Origin: a virus | DNA: 64,000 nt | IMG/VR virus record: IMGVR_UViG_3300047462_000282 | Coordinates: 49,337 to 113,336 of that record | Strand: one strand, 5' to 3' | In this document: one piece after another, positions 61,014-64,000 of the stretch | Numbering within the stretch: position 1 is the stretch's first letter | Layout of the letters: every line of letters begins with the position of its first letter | Made by a program: the position numbers and the translations under genes | Notes under the pieces: generated by a model | Seen by the model: the letters and a program-made list of their open reading frames with translations, nothing else | Database searches by the model: none | Told to the model about the DNA's origin: nothing

Positions 61014-61349
61014 ATGATCACGGTCTTATCTTACTTTCCAGGAAACAAAGTCACTCTTTTTCTAGAGGTTGTAGATGGTTATGGCAGAGTAAATAGCATT
61101 ACCACACCTCAAATAGATGGTATTTTACTGCCCACTTTTACAGCAGCTCCTGGATATCCACAACCTATGTCACAATTAGACATTGGTCTATATTACTACC
61201 AATTTGTATTGCCTCAAGGCGCCTCTGCAGTAGGCAGCTATTTAGTTGAAGCCTCTTATACTTATCAAGATGGATATGTAAATAGTCAATTATATCAAAT
61301 TGTAGTGCTTGCTCCATTCGGTAACTTCAGCACAACGGTGGTGGGTTAA
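61014..61349 (+). CDS. Hypothetical Ig-like / beta-rich structural protein
   Basis: IGLYYYQF resembles VGQYSFIY in the next gene's N-terminal domain. Confidence 0.5.
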   Translation: MITVLSYFPGNKVTLFLEVVDGYGRVNSITTPQIDGILLPTFTAAPGYPQPMSQLDIGLYYYQFVLPQGASAVGSYLVEASYTYQDGYVNSQLYQIVVLAPFGNFSTTVVG

Positions 61350-61350
61350 A

Positions 61351-62250
61351 ATGGTAATTAAAGCTCGTGGCGAATTACTAGACGTAACAGATCAGGTTAA
61401 CTTAACTGTTCAATTCAAAGACCAGTTTGGTAATCCTATCGATACGGATTCTTTTCCACAAATTACTATCATTCAGCCAAGTGGTTTAGTTGCATTGGCG
61501 CCGACTTCTACTGGTGTAGCTCGCACTGGCGTCGGACAGTACTCTTTTATTTACACTATTCCTATCAACGGTCCATATGGTGTGTTCGCTGATGTTTGGG
61601 TTGGCTATATCGGTGGGTTTAGAGTAGAAACTACTTTTCAGTTTGTGGTATCCCACACTGATCTTCCAGCCCTTAATACAGACGGTTACGTTCATTTGGG
61701 TGACGATCCGGGTTTCCAATACTCTCAAATTGCTATTAAGAACATCAACAAGCTCATCAAGTCACTAAAAGCAAGACTTAATAGTGCTGGCAAAGCTAAG
61801 GCTGCCGATGCCTATGGAAATGTTATCTATGTAGACTGCGATATCTTCTCAGTTGATATGCTAACTACGTTTATTGCTACATCATTATGGGATTTCAACC
61901 AAGTTCCATATTTTACGTTCTTTGACTTCGACGACTCCGATTTCATCGAGCAATTTGGAGAAATATTGGTAGAGGGTGCAACCCTATATGCATTAGCATC
62001 TAAGGCTTTGATTGAGCGTGGTCGTGAATTTCAAATCACTGATAATGGTGTCAATTTCAATCCACCAACTGTGTCTGAGTTAATGCAAACTCAATATAGT
62101 ACGCTACTAGCCCATTACTGGGAAAAATTAAAATACATCAAGAACAGCCTACGTCCGTCACCAAGAGGTTTGGGTGTGTTCAGCATGAATAGCGGTATTA
62201 ACCCAGCCTTTGCAAGATTACGCCACCTCCGCGCGAGACGCCTCATTTGA
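61351..62250 (+). CDS. Probable neck / head-tail connector protein with N-terminal Ig-like domain
   Basis: Start at ATG 61351; helical C-terminus with EFQITDNGVNF resembles connector proteins. Confidence 0.4.
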   Translation: MVIKARGELLDVTDQVNLTVQFKDQFGNPIDTDSFPQITIIQPSGLVALAPTSTGVARTGVGQYSFIYTIPINGPYGVFADVWVGYIGGFRVETTFQFVVSHTDLPALNTDGYVHLGDDPGFQYSQIAIKNINKLIKSLKARLNSAGKAKAADAYGNVIYVDCDIFSVDMLTTFIATSLWDFNQVPYFTFFDFDDSDFIEQFGEILVEGATLYALASKALIERGREFQITDNGVNFNPPTVSELMQTQYSTLLAHYWEKLKYIKNSLRPSPRGLGVFSMNSGINPAFARLRHLRARRLI

Positions 62251-62290
62251 GGGCATGAAGGTTTGTTCAAGTGCTGATATATAAGTCAGT

Positions 62291-63283
62291 ATGAAAAACA
62301 AACTCCTTTCCCAAATCAGCCCCGAACAACTCATTCAAGATTTTCAACAATTAGGTTCTGCCCACAAAATTGCAGCCAAATATGGCATCAATGTGGCAAC
62401 CGTTTACACGGCATTCAAAATCATAAATTACGATTGCTCTGTTCGCCAGGATGTGTCATCAATGGTAACCAAAGAAATTTTGGAAGAAGCTTATGCTCGA
62501 TTGAAAACATTGAAAGGGGTAGGGCGCGAACTAAAAATTGATTCCGAAAGCGTTGCCCTTTACATGGATAAATTCGGGCTAGAGTACCAAAAGCAAATCA
62601 TCTACAATTGCGATCATGAATTCTTTTCACGAGATAACGAAGAGACATTCTATGTGGCTGGCTTTATTGCAGCAGATGGTTGCGTCAAAGATAGAAAAAA
62701 TAGCTCTGGAAATACAAGATATGAATTGGGGATAGGTTTATCGAAAGAAGACAAAGATTTTCTTGAGCAACTTCGTCAAATAATGAAAGCGGAAACACCT
62801 ATTAGAGATTTTATTGTCAAAAATTCCAAACGCAATCCAGAATGGAATGATTGTTGGAAAAGCGAAATAATTATCACATCAAAACAAATGTGCGAGGATC
62901 TTGGACGCTTCAACATTGTTCCACGCAAAAGTCTTATCTATACTTTTCCAGAATGGATGAAAACGCACCCACTCAAGCATCATTTTATTCGTGGCTACAA
63001 CGATGGTGATGGTAGCTTCTACATACCCAAGTTAAAAGACGGTAGAAAATCTGAACAAATCTACTTTTCCATGCGTGGAACGCCTGCTTTTTTAGCAGAT
63101 GTAAGATATATATTAGAACAAGAATGCGGTCTTGACGAAAGAGATAAACCAATCAGAATTTCATCCGGTCATGGATGTTTAGAATATGGTGGAAATGGAA
63201 TTGTCAAAAAGATCACAGATTATTTGTATCGAGATGCAACCATTTATCTTCCACGCAAACAAGAAATTGCAATTAAAGTTTAA
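62291..63283 (+). CDS. LAGLIDADG-family homing endonuclease with two N-terminal HTH repeats
   Basis: FYVAGFIAADGC and HFIRGYNDGDG. Confidence 0.85.
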   Translation: MKNKLLSQISPEQLIQDFQQLGSAHKIAAKYGINVATVYTAFKIINYDCSVRQDVSSMVTKEILEEAYARLKTLKGVGRELKIDSESVALYMDKFGLEYQKQIIYNCDHEFFSRDNEETFYVAGFIAADGCVKDRKNSSGNTRYELGIGLSKEDKDFLEQLRQIMKAETPIRDFIVKNSKRNPEWNDCWKSEIIITSKQMCEDLGRFNIVPRKSLIYTFPEWMKTHPLKHHFIRGYNDGDGSFYIPKLKDGRKSEQIYFSMRGTPAFLADVRYILEQECGLDERDKPIRISSGHGCLEYGGNGIVKKITDYLYRDATIYLPRKQEIAIKV

Positions 63284-63293
63284 TTCCAATTAA

Positions 63294-63911
63294 TCAGTGT
63301 TCTGTTTTTCTTCTTTCAAAAGAAGGTGTCAAAAACTCTTGCGGGTTGCTTGCTAGTTTACAGAATACTTCTGCCTTTTGCAGGAGAAGAGAATGCTTTT
63401 GTTTTTCCGGTCCCTTGAGTGGGAACGTAATGAAGATTCGATCATCGCCATTGTCTCCGCCCCACAAGACTACCTCTTGGACAGCAAACTCTATGACTGG
63501 ATCAATTTTAAACTTGTCTATCGACTCTTTAGCATAAGCTAGAGTGATGTGCGGCTTGAAGTCCTTAAAGATTTTAGAAAAATCGATTCCACACTTATCA
63601 AATTCTTTGGCAAGCTCATCGCGCATGTCGTGTAAGTCATCTGATTTTACTTTAGCAACAATAGGGACAGGTTTATCTTCTCTTGCAGGAAAAGAAAAGA
63701 CATCTTCGACCTTAACAGTGAATGGTTTAATCTTACAGATAACATCGTAAGTTGCCTCTAAGGCTTTAGCAATCTCAGAAACTGGCCAATTATCTTCAAA
63801 ACATAGAAGGGTAATATGATACTCTGAAGCCCCTTCTTTTTCACCGGGAACTTCAATACCTTTTAGCAATCTTCCTGTCTCAATGGGAACTCTAATTCCA
63901 AGAAAAGCCAT
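63294..63911 (-). CDS. 2H phosphoesterase (LigT / 2'-5' RNA ligase family)
   Basis: Two HxT motifs: YHITLL and PHITLAY. Confidence 0.85.
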   Translation of the reverse strand: MAFLGIRVPIETGRLLKGIEVPGEKEGASEYHITLLCFEDNWPVSEIAKALEATYDVICKIKPFTVKVEDVFSFPAREDKPVPIVAKVKSDDLHDMRDELAKEFDKCGIDFSKIFKDFKPHITLAYAKESIDKFKIDPVIEFAVQEVVLWGGDNGDDRIFITFPLKGPEKQKHSLLLQKAEVFCKLASNPQEFLTPSFERRKTEH

Positions 63912-63919
63912 GCTGCCCT

Positions 63920-63948
63920 ATCTTATATCTGATTGTTGTGTCTGTCAA
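63920..63948 (-). promoter_or_regulatory. Sigma70-type promoter for the 2H phosphoesterase, nearly leaderless
   Basis: Minus strand TTGACA-N17-TAAGAT-N8-ATG. Confidence 0.7.
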
Positions 63949-64000
63949 GATGTAAAATTATGCGGATATGACTATTTTATCATAAAGTTATGGCTTCCGA

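Noticed and set aside
1-64000. Alternative genetic code (stop-codon reassignment), seen in some large phages
   Set aside because: Standard-code ORFs tile the window almost completely and conserved enzymes are full length.

Overview
The whole window reads as a gene-dense segment of a large tailed dsDNA bacteriophage (Caudoviricetes, HK97-type head) in the standard genetic code. From left to right: (1) the end of a replication/transcription block (Zn-ribbon protein, DnaG-type primase, sigma70-region-4-like HTH) closed by a terminator; (2) a ~35 kb head module with terminase large subunit, portal, a 1192-aa prohead protease/scaffold, two paralogous decoration-like proteins, the major capsid protein (MCP) and ~20 probable internal virion proteins, among which sit a divergent class II nucleotidyltransferase, a GH73-like muramidase and a CX5R phosphatase; (3) a RelA/SpoT-like gene converging on a CCA-adding enzyme; (4) a 2258-aa Thr-rich collagen-like fibre followed by two glycosyltransferase genes and NDP-sugar modifying enzymes, a candidate virion glycosylation system; (5) patatin, cold-shock protein, probable neck proteins and a 2H phosphoesterase. 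Six free-standing nuclease genes (2 HNH, 2 GIY-YIG, 2 LAGLIDADG) are interspersed. I found no tRNA, rRNA or CRISPR array. All calls come from motif recognition by eye; no database searches were run.
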